A DNA stretch of 62,023 bases from Thermoplasmatota archaeon (GCA_046496795.1 JAWOGM010000039.1:1-62023); one strand, 5' to 3'. Positions 37,808 to 46,693 are shown, counted from the stretch's first letter. The notes: a model not told the origin generated them from the sequence alone. A program made the numbers and translations.

Positions 37808-38998
37808 TTATGCCTGTATGAGTGGTTCTTCTAACCCTGCTTCTTTAGCTAGAAGTTTTGCTTTATCTACTTTTTCCCAGGAGAAATCAGGATCGTCTCT
37901 TCCGAAATGACCATAGGAAGCTGTCTTTTTATATATTGGTCGCCTCAAATCAAGAGTTTTAATAATATCACTAGGTTTTATTGGGAAAAATTCACGGATT
38001 AAATGTTCAATTCGCTCAAGTGGAATTTTATTTGTCGCAAAACAGTCAATATTGATGGATACCGGCTCGGCAACTCCTATTGCATAAGCAAATTGAATTT
38101 CACATTTATCAGCAATTCCAGATGCTACAATGTTTTTTGCTATATAACGACTTGCATAGGCACCACTTCTATCAACTTTTGTTGGATCTTTACCGGAAAA
38201 TGCACCACCACCATGTCTTCCAACACCACCATAGGTATCAACAATTATCTTTCTTCCTGTAAGTCCTGCATCTGCATACGGGCCTCCACGGACAAAAGCC
38301 CCCGTTGGATTGACATGAACAATGGTATTGTTATCAATCCATTCTTTACAAATTGGTTTAATTACTTTTTCAGCGATATCCTTTTCAATACGCTTATGAG
38401 ATATGCCTGGATCATGTTGGGTTGACACTACTATAGTATCTGCCCGAAGAGGGACACCATTTTCATCATATTCTATAGAAACCTGTGATTTACCATCAGG
38501 ACGTAGATAGGGAATAATATTTTCTTTTCGAACTTGTGATAATCTCTTTGATAATTTATGTGCAAGTGAAATGGGTAACGGCATCATCTCTTTTGTTTCA
38601 TTGCAAGCATACCCATACATCATCCCTTGATCTCCTGCTCCTTGCTCTGAATGTAAACCTTTCCCAGCAGAAACACCTTGAGAGATATCTGGGCTTTGTT
38701 CTGTTATTTGTACCCATACTGAACAAGTCTCCCATTCAATACCATATTCTGATTTTGTATAGCCTATTTCTTTTATGGTATTACGTACGACACCAGGAAT
38801 GTTAATATATGTCTCAGTTGTCATTTCTCCAAATACCATGACACCACCGTTTTTTGTTGCTGTTTCAATAGCTACTCTCGAATTTATATCTTCTTTAATT
38901 GCTTCATCAAGAATCGCATCAGAAATAAGATCACACATTTTATCAGGATGACCTTCAGTTACTGACTCTGAACTTATGAGTATTTTTCTTTTCGCCAT
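37808..38998 (-). CDS. metK: S-adenosylmethionine synthetase, bacterial/eukaryal MetK type
   Basis: [53 protein letters not shown], and ASYGHFGR at the C-terminus. Confidence 0.95.
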   Translation of the reverse strand: MAKRKILISSESVTEGHPDKMCDLISDAILDEAIKEDINSRVAIETATKNGGVMVFGEMTTETYINIPGVVRNTIKEIGYTKSEYGIEWETCSVWVQITEQSPDISQGVSAGKGLHSEQGAGDQGMMYGYACNETKEMMPLPISLAHKLSKRLSQVRKENIIPYLRPDGKSQVSIEYDENGVPLRADTIVVSTQHDPGISHKRIEKDIAEKVIKPICKEWIDNNTIVHVNPTGAFVRGGPYADAGLTGRKIIVDTYGGVGRHGGGAFSGKDPTKVDRSGAYASRYIAKNIVASGIADKCEIQFAYAIGVAEPVSINIDCFATNKIPLERIEHLIREFFPIKPSDIIKTLDLRRPIYKKTASYGHFGRDDPDFSWEKVDKAKLLAKEAGLEEPLIQA

Positions 38999-39130
38999 AA
39001 TTCTGCCCCTATTCCTTTATAAAATATTATTGGTAAAAAGTCAAGATAAAAAACATATTTATTAATTTTATTAAAAAAAGTACATGTTTTAGTCCTACGA
39101 TCAATATAATAAATAGAAAAAGAGGATTTT

Positions 39131-39532
39131 TTAGTCAAATTTTCTGGTAGTCCACATATCTTCATCAATATTGTTGTATATATCATCTTCAGATACATTG
39201 ACTGGTTGTTTTTTATCGATGAGATATCGTGGTGTTGCATTGCCTTGTTTTGAATAGCGCAGGATTGTTTCTTTTTTTATTTTCCAGTAATGAGTTCGCC
39301 ATTCTCTACCATCATAAAGGGTGCTTTCTTCCCGCTCAGTAGTAAGCATTCCTTCTTCTTCAAGGATATAAAAAAGTTGTCTATCTTCAGGATCTAAAAC
39401 ATTATCAATTACTCGGTCATCAAAACCAAAGATGTCCATTACAAATCCTGCATCTCGTTGAGCTTCTTCGTAATCAATTCCCACTCTGTTTGATATGGCA
39501 TTTGATAAATCTTCTAATGTTATAATTGTCAT
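39131..39532 (-). CDS. conserved-looking hypothetical acidic protein
   Basis: Start set to MTIITLED (ATG 39532; AGGGA lies 8 nt upstream). No motif assigned. Confidence 0.45.
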   Translation of the reverse strand: MTIITLEDLSNAISNRVGIDYEEAQRDAGFVMDIFGFDDRVIDNVLDPEDRQLFYILEEEGMLTTEREESTLYDGREWRTHYWKIKKETILRYSKQGNATPRYLIDKKQPVNVSEDDIYNNIDEDMWTTRKFD

Positions 39533-39765
39533 AAAATATCCCTTACATTTCAAATCTTATTTTCTTAGAGCATTCAATTTTTTTCTATTATATGTATCAC
39601 AACTACTATATATAACTTTCTATCTTTTTTGTATATTTATTGATTTTTTTGATTAAGAGTAGTGTACCATCTATTGTTAATCCTTTTATTTATATTTTTT
39701 ATTTTATAGTTATCTATTTAAAATAATAATAAATTTTATATACTCCTTATGAATTCTTTTTATTA

Positions 39766-39824
39766 AGAATGGGGGAGTCACATTTTTTAAATCTCTCCTC
39801 ACCACCTTCGGTCTTCCCCATTCT
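39766..39824. other. 12-bp GC-enriched inverted repeat with a 35-nt loop
   Basis: AGAATGGGGGAG (39766-39777) pairs with CTTCCCCATTCT (39813-39824), with one G-U pair. Lies 14 nt downstream of the stop of the HD-domain gene. Confidence 0.25.
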
Positions 39825-39837
39825 CTCCTTATTATAT

Positions 39838-41103
39838 TCAGAATAAATGTTCTCTAACTTTTTTAGATATTACATCACGATATTTTTCGTCAGAAATAAT
39901 CATAACTGCCCAGTCAGGGGTTACCCTAGTGCGAACAGCATGAGCAACTGTTGTATATTCATCAAGCGTCTTTTTTTCATTATTATCAACAACAAAAATA
40001 TCTGTTTTATGCAAACGAGGTTCAGTCATAAAAAGCTCTGTGCGAGGAACATCGATAATTAAATGACCATGGGGAATGTCAAATATCTGTTCAAACTCTT
40101 CTTCTTTTTTTCGTCTATATGAAACATCTTCTAACCGTTTAACCTCATCTTGTGCAGATTCATCTAAATCATTATATGAAGCCGCATACGCTTGTTTAAA
40201 CAGATTTCGATATTTTAAGCGAGTAATAATTTCTTGTTGATAACGCCCCATACTCTGAAGTGAAGTAACAAGCTCTGCATCAGTCATCCTGAAAAATTCA
40301 AAAGGGGCAATATCTTTGATCATTTCAATTGCTTTAGACAACATTAATTCAGCAATTCGTACCGTTTTATGAAAATATACAGAGGAATACATCAATCCTC
40401 GAGCCATCAGAATATTTTCAACGACACTGACTCCTTTTCTCTGAATAGCTAACGAGTCATTATAGATGATTAAAGTCTGGAGTAATCGTTGAATATCAAT
40501 CATGCCATAAGATACTCCGGTATAATAGGCATCACGAAGTAAATAATCAAGCTGATCAACATCAATTGTACTGTTTAATATTTGACTGACATATGAATTC
40601 CCATAGGCTTTTCCTTTGATAATGGTAATAATTTCATTTTTATCAATACTTGTTGTTGCAATCAATTCATGAACACTAGGTGAGGAAATATAATTTTTTT
40701 CATGTTCATCGAGTATAGAATAGTTGCCTAGGATAAGTTCTTTGGTCAAAGCAATATGGTCAACTCCAAACTGTTCTAAAAGCAGAGATTCAAGAGTATG
40801 AGAAAATGGACCATGACCTATATCATGTAAAAGAGCAGCACATGTTATCACATCTTTTTTTTCATTATCAATTGATAATGTGTTCACGATTTGAGAAGCA
40901 AGAAAACACGATCCTAGTGAATGTTCCAATCTGGTATGATGAGCTCCAGGAAAAACTAAATGTGCAAAACCTAACTGTTTTATATTATACAATCGCTGAA
41001 TCTCAGGGGTCTGCAGAAAACGAGCAATCAATTCAGGAAGTTTAATATTTCCATGAATAGGATCACGAACGAATTTATCTTTTCGGTTCATAGCTGACAC
41101 CAC
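39838..41103 (-). CDS. HD-domain phosphohydrolase, SAMHD1/dNTP triphosphohydrolase-like
   Basis: VRDPIHGNIKL, QRLYNIKQLG, GAHHTRLEHSLG, ALLHDIGHGPFSH, DQLDYLLRD. Confidence 0.85.
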   Translation of the reverse strand: MVSAMNRKDKFVRDPIHGNIKLPELIARFLQTPEIQRLYNIKQLGFAHLVFPGAHHTRLEHSLGSCFLASQIVNTLSIDNEKKDVITCAALLHDIGHGPFSHTLESLLLEQFGVDHIALTKELILGNYSILDEHEKNYISSPSVHELIATTSIDKNEIITIIKGKAYGNSYVSQILNSTIDVDQLDYLLRDAYYTGVSYGMIDIQRLLQTLIIYNDSLAIQRKGVSVVENILMARGLMYSSVYFHKTVRIAELMLSKAIEMIKDIAPFEFFRMTDAELVTSLQSMGRYQQEIITRLKYRNLFKQAYAASYNDLDESAQDEVKRLEDVSYRRKKEEEFEQIFDIPHGHLIIDVPRTELFMTEPRLHKTDIFVVDNNEKKTLDEYTTVAHAVRTRVTPDWAVMIISDEKYRDVISKKVREHLF

Positions 41104-41246
41104 GTATAAATACAGGATTGAAATAGTTTGTTTATCAAATAATTCTACCAGAAATGAAAACTTTAAAAATCATAATATTTATTTCGAAATCTACTTAACA
41201 ATAATTTACTTTGTCAATTATACGCTATATATTGAGGTGATAAAAA

Positions 41247-41513
41247 ATGAGTAAAGTAATATTGTTTTCACTTGAAAATTGTGTGAAATGTATGCAGATA
41301 AAAGAGATGATTAAAGAAAGAGATGATATAGAAATAATAACCTATCCTCATGATATCAACAAGTGGAGCGATGAAGAGCTTTCACAAGCCAAACAATATG
41401 ATGTATTTGATGATTTAGCTCAGACCGCGCCAATATTATGCGTTGATGGACAAAAAAAGATTGGATATCTTCGTATTAGAAAATGGTTACAGGATACAGG
41501 CAGATTATCGTAA
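41247..41513 (+). CDS. glutaredoxin/NrdH-like small thioredoxin-fold protein
   Basis: 88 aa with N-terminal beta-strand plus CxxC (ILFSLENCVKCMQIK). GAGGTGA Shine-Dalgarno-like motif upstream. Confidence 0.7.
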   Translation: MSKVILFSLENCVKCMQIKEMIKERDDIEIITYPHDINKWSDEELSQAKQYDVFDDLAQTAPILCVDGQKKIGYLRIRKWLQDTGRLS

Positions 41514-41918
41514 TTCTTGTTCAATTGTTTTTAATTTTTGTTTCATATGCATATACCAATTATCGATACATGTTTCTATTTCTTTTTTTATTTGTTTAGG
41601 ATCTGTGCATGTATATGTGTGGAAATATCCACCTGAAGGTATTGTTTTTATTGTTTTTTTGCATAATCCGCAAGAGGTCAATTTTTGTAATGATCGATAG
41701 ATAGTACTTCGTTCTTTGTGTAAAAGTTGGGCGAGATTATCAGCTCTGATTTCTCCAGTTTCTTTAAGAGTGTTGTAGACAGTAAAGTCTAAGTTGTTTA
41801 GATTAAAAACGCAGGATAATACTTCTTGACAGCATATATTTTGGATTTTCTTTTTTATTTTTATCACTGGATCTATAATGACGTTGTATCTTATAACGGT
41901 TGTGCTATTTTTTTGCAC
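41505..41918 (-). CDS. Cys-rich TrmB-like winged-helix transcriptional regulator
   Basis: wHTH segment FTVYNTLKETGEIRADNLAQLLHKERSTIYRSLQKLTSCGLC, with 8 Cys in total including CC and CGLC. Confidence 0.65.
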   Translation of the reverse strand: MQKNSTTVIRYNVIIDPVIKIKKKIQNICCQEVLSCVFNLNNLDFTVYNTLKETGEIRADNLAQLLHKERSTIYRSLQKLTSCGLCKKTIKTIPSGGYFHTYTCTDPKQIKKEIETCIDNWYMHMKQKLKTIEQELR

Positions 41919-42031
41919 AAACGTTAAATATTATTATAAACATTACCTCGATACATATGCAAGAACTAGAAAAATTAAGGAAAACAAAGCTAGAACAACT
42001 CAGACAAAAATATATGAAAGGAGAACAAAAT

Positions 42032-42367
42032 ATGGAAAACCAAATGCCAAATAAATCTGTACAAATAACAGATGCAGATATCAACGAACAAATTAAAAAA
42101 TATAAAACAATCGTAATTGATTGCTGGGCACCATGGTGTGGACCCTGTCAAATGGTTGGACCTGTCATCGAAGATCTAGCAAAAGAAATGCAGGGATCAA
42201 TTGTCTTTGGAAAACTCAATGTCGATGAAAACCCAAAAACATCCATGGATTATAAAGTTATGAGCATACCAACACTATTAGTATTTAAAGATGGTGCTCT
42301 TGTCGATAGACTTGTTGGTGCTATGACAAAAGATATGCTCATGCAAAAACTAAAAGCATATCAATAA
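42032..42367 (+). CDS. trxA: thioredoxin
   Basis: Active site CWAPWCGPCQM, cis-Pro SIPTLLVF. Start set to ATG 42032 (GGAG at 42020-42023). Alternative ATG at 41957; the tool start at 41900 is TTG. Confidence 0.9.
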   Translation: MENQMPNKSVQITDADINEQIKKYKTIVIDCWAPWCGPCQMVGPVIEDLAKEMQGSIVFGKLNVDENPKTSMDYKVMSIPTLLVFKDGALVDRLVGAMTKDMLMQKLKAYQ

Positions 42368-42384
42368 AAATAGAACCTGTGCTC

Positions 42385-42957
42385 ATGAATAAAAAAATAC
42401 AAACAAAACAGAGTGTCCTACTATTAATCATAACTTTTATACTTATTTTTACTCTTTTTTCAGGATGTGTAAGTGAAACAGATGAAAAAAATCTTCCCAT
42501 AAACGATTTTACTTTTACAGATATAGATGGTCAAACAAAAAAACTCAGTGATCACCTCGGAAAAATTGTATTATTAGATCTCTGGGCTGCGTGGTGTGGG
42601 CCTTGTCAAATGCAAATGTTTGAACTTTTAGAAGCATATAATTATTATCCAAAAGAGGAATTTGAGATTTTATCTATAAATGTAGATGCCGGAGAAAACC
42701 TAGTACAAATACAACAGTTCATTGAAGAATATAAAAGATACGGATATGAGTTAAAATGGGTATTTGGAAATGATGATGACGGTTCCATCTGGGAGACATA
42801 CAAAGTAGGAGGAGGAGGTATACCTGCAATAGTTATTTTTGACAAAAAAGGAGATATCGTTTTTGCTCATGAAGGAATCGCAGTATTTACAGAGATACCA
42901 GAGGGATTGCCTGCAAGTACACCAAAACTTTCACTAATAATTAATCAATTGTTATGA
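42385..42957 (+). CDS. extracytoplasmic TlpA/ResA-like thiol-disulfide oxidoreductase (lipobox)
   Basis: Signal peptide plus lipobox LFSGC, redoxin active site LWAAWCGPCQMQM, GIPAIVIFD cis-Pro region. ATG 42385 preferred over GTG 42379. Confidence 0.8.
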   Translation: MNKKIQTKQSVLLLIITFILIFTLFSGCVSETDEKNLPINDFTFTDIDGQTKKLSDHLGKIVLLDLWAAWCGPCQMQMFELLEAYNYYPKEEFEILSINVDAGENLVQIQQFIEEYKRYGYELKWVFGNDDDGSIWETYKVGGGGIPAIVIFDKKGDIVFAHEGIAVFTEIPEGLPASTPKLSLIINQLL

Positions 42958-43066
42958 TGAAAAATGGAAATATTTATTTAAGATATATTTGTTATAGCTG
43001 AATAATTTAATAGTATTAGAAATAGAAATAAAAAAATTTTTTCGTAAAAAGATATGGGGACAGAAT

Positions 43067-43573
43067 ATGAAAACAAAAAAAATAGGTCTAATAATACTTA
43101 TTCTAAGCATATTTGCAGCATTAATGGGAAATGTAGGTGCAGATCAATCAATAGTCAAAGAAGTAACAATTGTTCCTGAGAACCCCAGTGCAGGATCTGA
43201 AATCACTGTTACAGTTGAGCTAGAAGGAGAAGATATCCAAGCTGTTCATGTGATCATACAGGAATGTATTGGAACTCTTGGTATTTGCAGATTCCAGGAG
43301 AATATTACCATGACCCAGACAGAGGCAGGAACTTATGAAGTTAATTATAAACTTCAAGACGACGAAGCAACATACATAACCTATTTTTTCCACATAAACA
43401 AAGCAGGGAATTGGATACAAACAAACGGTGTTGATATTGATCTGCAGTCAATTCCATCTAATGGAGGAGACGACAATGGATCAGATGACTCAACACCAGG
43501 TTTTGGGATTACGTTAACCATTATCTCAATAATAGTGATTATTTTCTTGTTTGAAAAAAAGAGATCTCAATGA
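43067..43573 (+). CDS. small secreted Ig-like protein with PGF-CTERM-type sorting signal
   Basis: N-terminal signal peptide and a Cys pair (QECIGTLGIC). The C-terminus runs Ser/Asp/Gly-rich linker, PGF, hydrophobic helix, basic tail (DDSTPGFGITLTIISIIVIIFLFEKKRSQ). Confidence 0.7.
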   Translation: MKTKKIGLIILILSIFAALMGNVGADQSIVKEVTIVPENPSAGSEITVTVELEGEDIQAVHVIIQECIGTLGICRFQENITMTQTEAGTYEVNYKLQDDEATYITYFFHINKAGNWIQTNGVDIDLQSIPSNGGDDNGSDDSTPGFGITLTIISIIVIIFLFEKKRSQ

Positions 43574-44391
43574 AGCTACAACAAAAAAGATTACTCTCTC
43601 AAATTATTTTTATCATTTCAGCTAATCTAGGTTATGAAGGATTCCCTGGCTTAAAAACAGGGTTATGCTTTCCTTTTTTTTATTGTCATGCGTGCCCCTC
43701 AGCTAGCGCTGCCTGCCCCTTGAGATCGCTTGAACAAAGCGTATTTAAGGAAAGTTTTGCCTGGAGACTATTTCTATATCCACTTCTCATCATTGGATTT
43801 GTAGGTATACTTACAGGACGTGCAGTTTGTGCATGGGCTTGCCCTATTGGATTGCTACAACGAGCAACATCACCGCTGGCACGTAAAGTAAAGAAAAAAC
43901 CGTTAGCAAATAAAATAGGAAACCATAAAATTGAAGGTTATCTTCGCTATACCAAATATATTCTGCTCATATCATTTGTATTTATCAGCTCATATTTGAT
44001 TGGATTTATGTTTACTGATATCTGTCCTATTGGATTTTTAACAGGTACCATTCCTACTCTTCTTCTATATCCAGGAAGATATATTGGAAATTTTTACTTT
44101 ACGATGGCGTTTATTATTTTACTGTTGTTTTTTGTCCTTATTTTGCTTATTGAGCGGGGATGGTGCCGATATTTTTGTCCTGTAGGTGCCCTTCTTGCAC
44201 CGTTTAATAAAATCAGTTTCCTTCATATAGATGTAAATCGTGAGAGATGTAAACATTGCAATCTTTGTTCATATAAATGTCCTATGGGAATTAATGTTCC
44301 TGAGATGAAAAGAGATCTTGAATGCATCCTCTGTGGTAAATGTGTAACAGCATGCCCTGAAAACATTATCAGTTTTAAACGAGGAGGATAG
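43570..44391 (+). CDS. NapH/NosH/MauN/CcoG-like membrane polyferredoxin
   Basis: Two CX3CP motifs (CAWACPIG, CRYFCPVG), two ferredoxin motifs (CKHCNLCSYKCP, CILCGKCVTACP), an N-terminal CHACPSASAACP and 4-5 TM segments. ATGA overlap with the upstream gene. Confidence 0.8.
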   Translation: MKLQQKRLLSQIIFIISANLGYEGFPGLKTGLCFPFFYCHACPSASAACPLRSLEQSVFKESFAWRLFLYPLLIIGFVGILTGRAVCAWACPIGLLQRATSPLARKVKKKPLANKIGNHKIEGYLRYTKYILLISFVFISSYLIGFMFTDICPIGFLTGTIPTLLLYPGRYIGNFYFTMAFIILLLFFVLILLIERGWCRYFCPVGALLAPFNKISFLHIDVNRERCKHCNLCSYKCPMGINVPEMKRDLECILCGKCVTACPENIISFKRGG

Positions 44392-45042
44392 ATGATGAAG
44401 AAAAAATTCTTTGCAACTCAAATCATCTGCCTTTTGCTTATTTCCGGCACTCTAGGAGGAATGATAGCATTCACACCAGTATATGCAGAAGTGAGAGATG
44501 GAATTGTTCGCGTTCTTTGCCTAAGTTGCCTGAAACTTGAACCAAAAACAGTATCAGAGTTTACCTTTGAAACAGTTGAAAATATAGCTCATCCCAAGTT
44601 TATATTAGAAAACCTTTCTAAAGGAGGCCCAGTGTTTATTTTTTATAGTGGAGATGCCTGTTCAGGATGCGATATTATGTATCCAGTTATCAAAGAACTA
44701 CTCTCTGTTGAATTTGATAAACAAGAGATGTTTGATGAGACAATATCATATGAAGGGGCAAACGTATCATATATATACATAAATATACATCATACTACAG
44801 ATGAATTAAAAGAATCACAATATATATACGACAAAGATTTTATAGCAGGCATACCAATGTTTACCATTATTACCCTTGGTTATGATAAAGGAGTAGTACG
44901 ACCAAAATATACTACCATTTATGGAACACTGGCATCATTTGATCATACCACTGATGAAGGAAGATTGTTATTTCTCCAGAATTTATTACAAGAAAGCATC
45001 TACATGTATCAGGATAACATAGCAGGATATAATCATCATTAA
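44392..45042 (+). CDS. secreted/anchored thioredoxin-fold-like protein with CxxC motifs
   Basis: N-terminal signal/TM, CLSC, and VFIFYSGDACSGCDIMYP (Trx-like beta-strand plus CxxC). Start abuts the upstream stop. Confidence 0.55.
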   Translation: MMKKKFFATQIICLLLISGTLGGMIAFTPVYAEVRDGIVRVLCLSCLKLEPKTVSEFTFETVENIAHPKFILENLSKGGPVFIFYSGDACSGCDIMYPVIKELLSVEFDKQEMFDETISYEGANVSYIYINIHHTTDELKESQYIYDKDFIAGIPMFTIITLGYDKGVVRPKYTTIYGTLASFDHTTDEGRLLFLQNLLQESIYMYQDNIAGYNHH

Positions 45043-45067
45043 AAAAAGAAAAAAGAAAAGAAACTGC

Positions 45068-45232
45068 TTAGATTTCATCGTTTTTAATTTTCTGTCGCAG
45101 AATCTCAAATTGTTCTTTTGTTAAGGTACAGATATTATCTTTTTCACCGATAATAACTTGATTTTCTTGTACATCAACAACTGGGCATTTTGGAGGTATA
45201 CAGGTACCATCTATACATAAAACAACTTTCAT
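45068..45232 (-). CDS. 54-aa Cys-containing small protein
   Basis: MKVVLCIDGTCIPPKCPVVDV... Start at ATG 45232 with GAGGA 8 nt upstream. Lies 81 nt downstream of the PaaK-like gene on the same strand. Confidence 0.45.
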   Translation of the reverse strand: MKVVLCIDGTCIPPKCPVVDVQENQVIIGEKDNICTLTKEQFEILRQKIKNDEI

Positions 45233-45313
45233 AATTATTCCTCGCTTAACATGCGTTAATATATAAAGCATACTTCGTTTTATATAATTTTCGGTAAAAT
45301 TTTTGTGGTTTTA

Positions 45314-46693
45314 TTAGATATATTTCTCTGTTTTCAATGCATCATCAGATATTTTTGATACTATTCTTTTTTTCTGTTTACCAAGACTTTTGACTTGCTT
45401 AACCCTGACAGTTACTCCAGGTCCCACTATCTGTTCAAACCCTGTTTGAATAATTGATATAATTTGCTCAACAGACGCATTATCATGTTGTTTTTTATCA
45501 ATCACAATATCAATATCAAGAGAAGACATATCTTTTTGGATGATTCGTGTATCAATAATTTTTGTTGTTTTAAGTTGATATAATAATTTACTAAATATCT
45601 CTGCAAATGCTGTTGGCATAAGTCGCGTGCCATCAGCTAATAGAATCGAGAGAGTTTCACGACCATAAATTTTTTTTATTACATCTCCTGAGATATCGCA
45701 TGAGCATTTTTTTGAAGAAGGCTCAACAATATCATTAATGGCATTATATCGAATAATTGGAGTGCCCCGTCCAAAAAGTTTTGTTACCACTAATTTTCCA
45801 GGTTTTTTCTCTACATTTTCACCTTTATCATCAATAAATTCAAGGTGCAAAAGATCAGACATCACATGATATCCACCATGTTTACATTCAAATGCAATAG
45901 GGCCTGTTTCTGTTGCACCATAGACTTCATAGACCTGGGCGTTAAAACAATCCTTTATATAGTTGCGGAGTTGTGGATCAAGAACAGAGCCTGTACATGC
46001 AATAACTGAAGGACGAATATTTGTTCCATGTCCTTGTTCTTTAAGTAAAGCCATATGGGCAAGCATCCCTACATATCCACCAATAAAATCTGGTTCAAAG
46101 GTGCTAATCTGCTTAATATTATCAAGAGGACTGGCATTAGTATCAAGCCATTGAATATTTTTAAAAATAAAAGAGGATTTTGTTTTTGGCTGTAACGCTT
46201 TCTTAATATAGCCAGTTTCAGCGGTATGAGAAGCAAAATCGCCAATAATTGTTAATTTTGAGCTCCTCCAATTAAGACCATACTCCCGAATTGTCCGAAG
46301 ATACCCAAATAAACCCATCACAACATCAAACATATCAACAAAAATAGATAATGATTTCCCTGTTGTCCCCGATGTTGAAACTTCAACAAAATTATTTGGT
46401 GATGTATTCTTTGAGATTATACCCAAGGGATAATACTTTTTTATATCCTCTTTGGTAACAAAAGGCAAGTGTTTAATATCCTTAAGGCCAGTTATATCAT
46501 CAGGATGAATTCCATGAGAACGATAAATATCATGATAGAGAGGGACTGTGTAGGCAAATTCAACGATATGTTTAAACTTCTTATCTCTGAATCGCTGTAA
46601 TTGGTTAGTATCAAAGCGTTTTAAACGGTTTATGTCAAACAGGTAAGATTTTAATACTTTTGAGAGAAACACTGGATTATAGAATGGATTCAT
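45314..46693 (-). CDS. adenylate-forming enzyme, phenylacetate-CoA ligase (PaaK)/coenzyme F390 synthetase-like
   Basis: STSGTTGKSLSIF (P-loop), YGATETGPIAFEC, IIRYNAINDIV, C-terminal GKQKK. Confidence 0.8.
   Translation of the reverse strand: MNPFYNPVFLSKVLKSYLFDINRLKRFDTNQLQRFRDKKFKHIVEFAYTVPLYHDIYRSHGIHPDDITGLKDIKHLPFVTKEDIKKYYPLGIISKNTSPNNFVEVSTSGTTGKSLSIFVDMFDVVMGLFGYLRTIREYGLNWRSSKLTIIGDFASHTAETGYIKKALQPKTKSSFIFKNIQWLDTNASPLDNIKQISTFEPDFIGGYVGMLAHMALLKEQGHGTNIRPSVIACTGSVLDPQLRNYIKDCFNAQVYEVYGATETGPIAFECKHGGYHVMSDLLHLEFIDDKGENVEKKPGKLVVTKLFGRGTPIIRYNAINDIVEPSSKKCSCDISGDVIKKIYGRETLSILLADGTRLMPTAFAEIFSKLLYQLKTTKIIDTRIIQKDMSSLDIDIVIDKKQHDNASVEQIISIIQTGFEQIVGPGVTVRVKQVKSLGKQKKRIVSKISDDALKTEKYI

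Noticed and set aside
38003-38805. Plus-strand ORFs 38003-38425, 38080-38262 and 38536-38805 inside metK, and 38974-39240 bridging the metK upstream spacer.
   Set aside because: They are antisense to or overlapping a near-perfect MetK, with no independent evidence.
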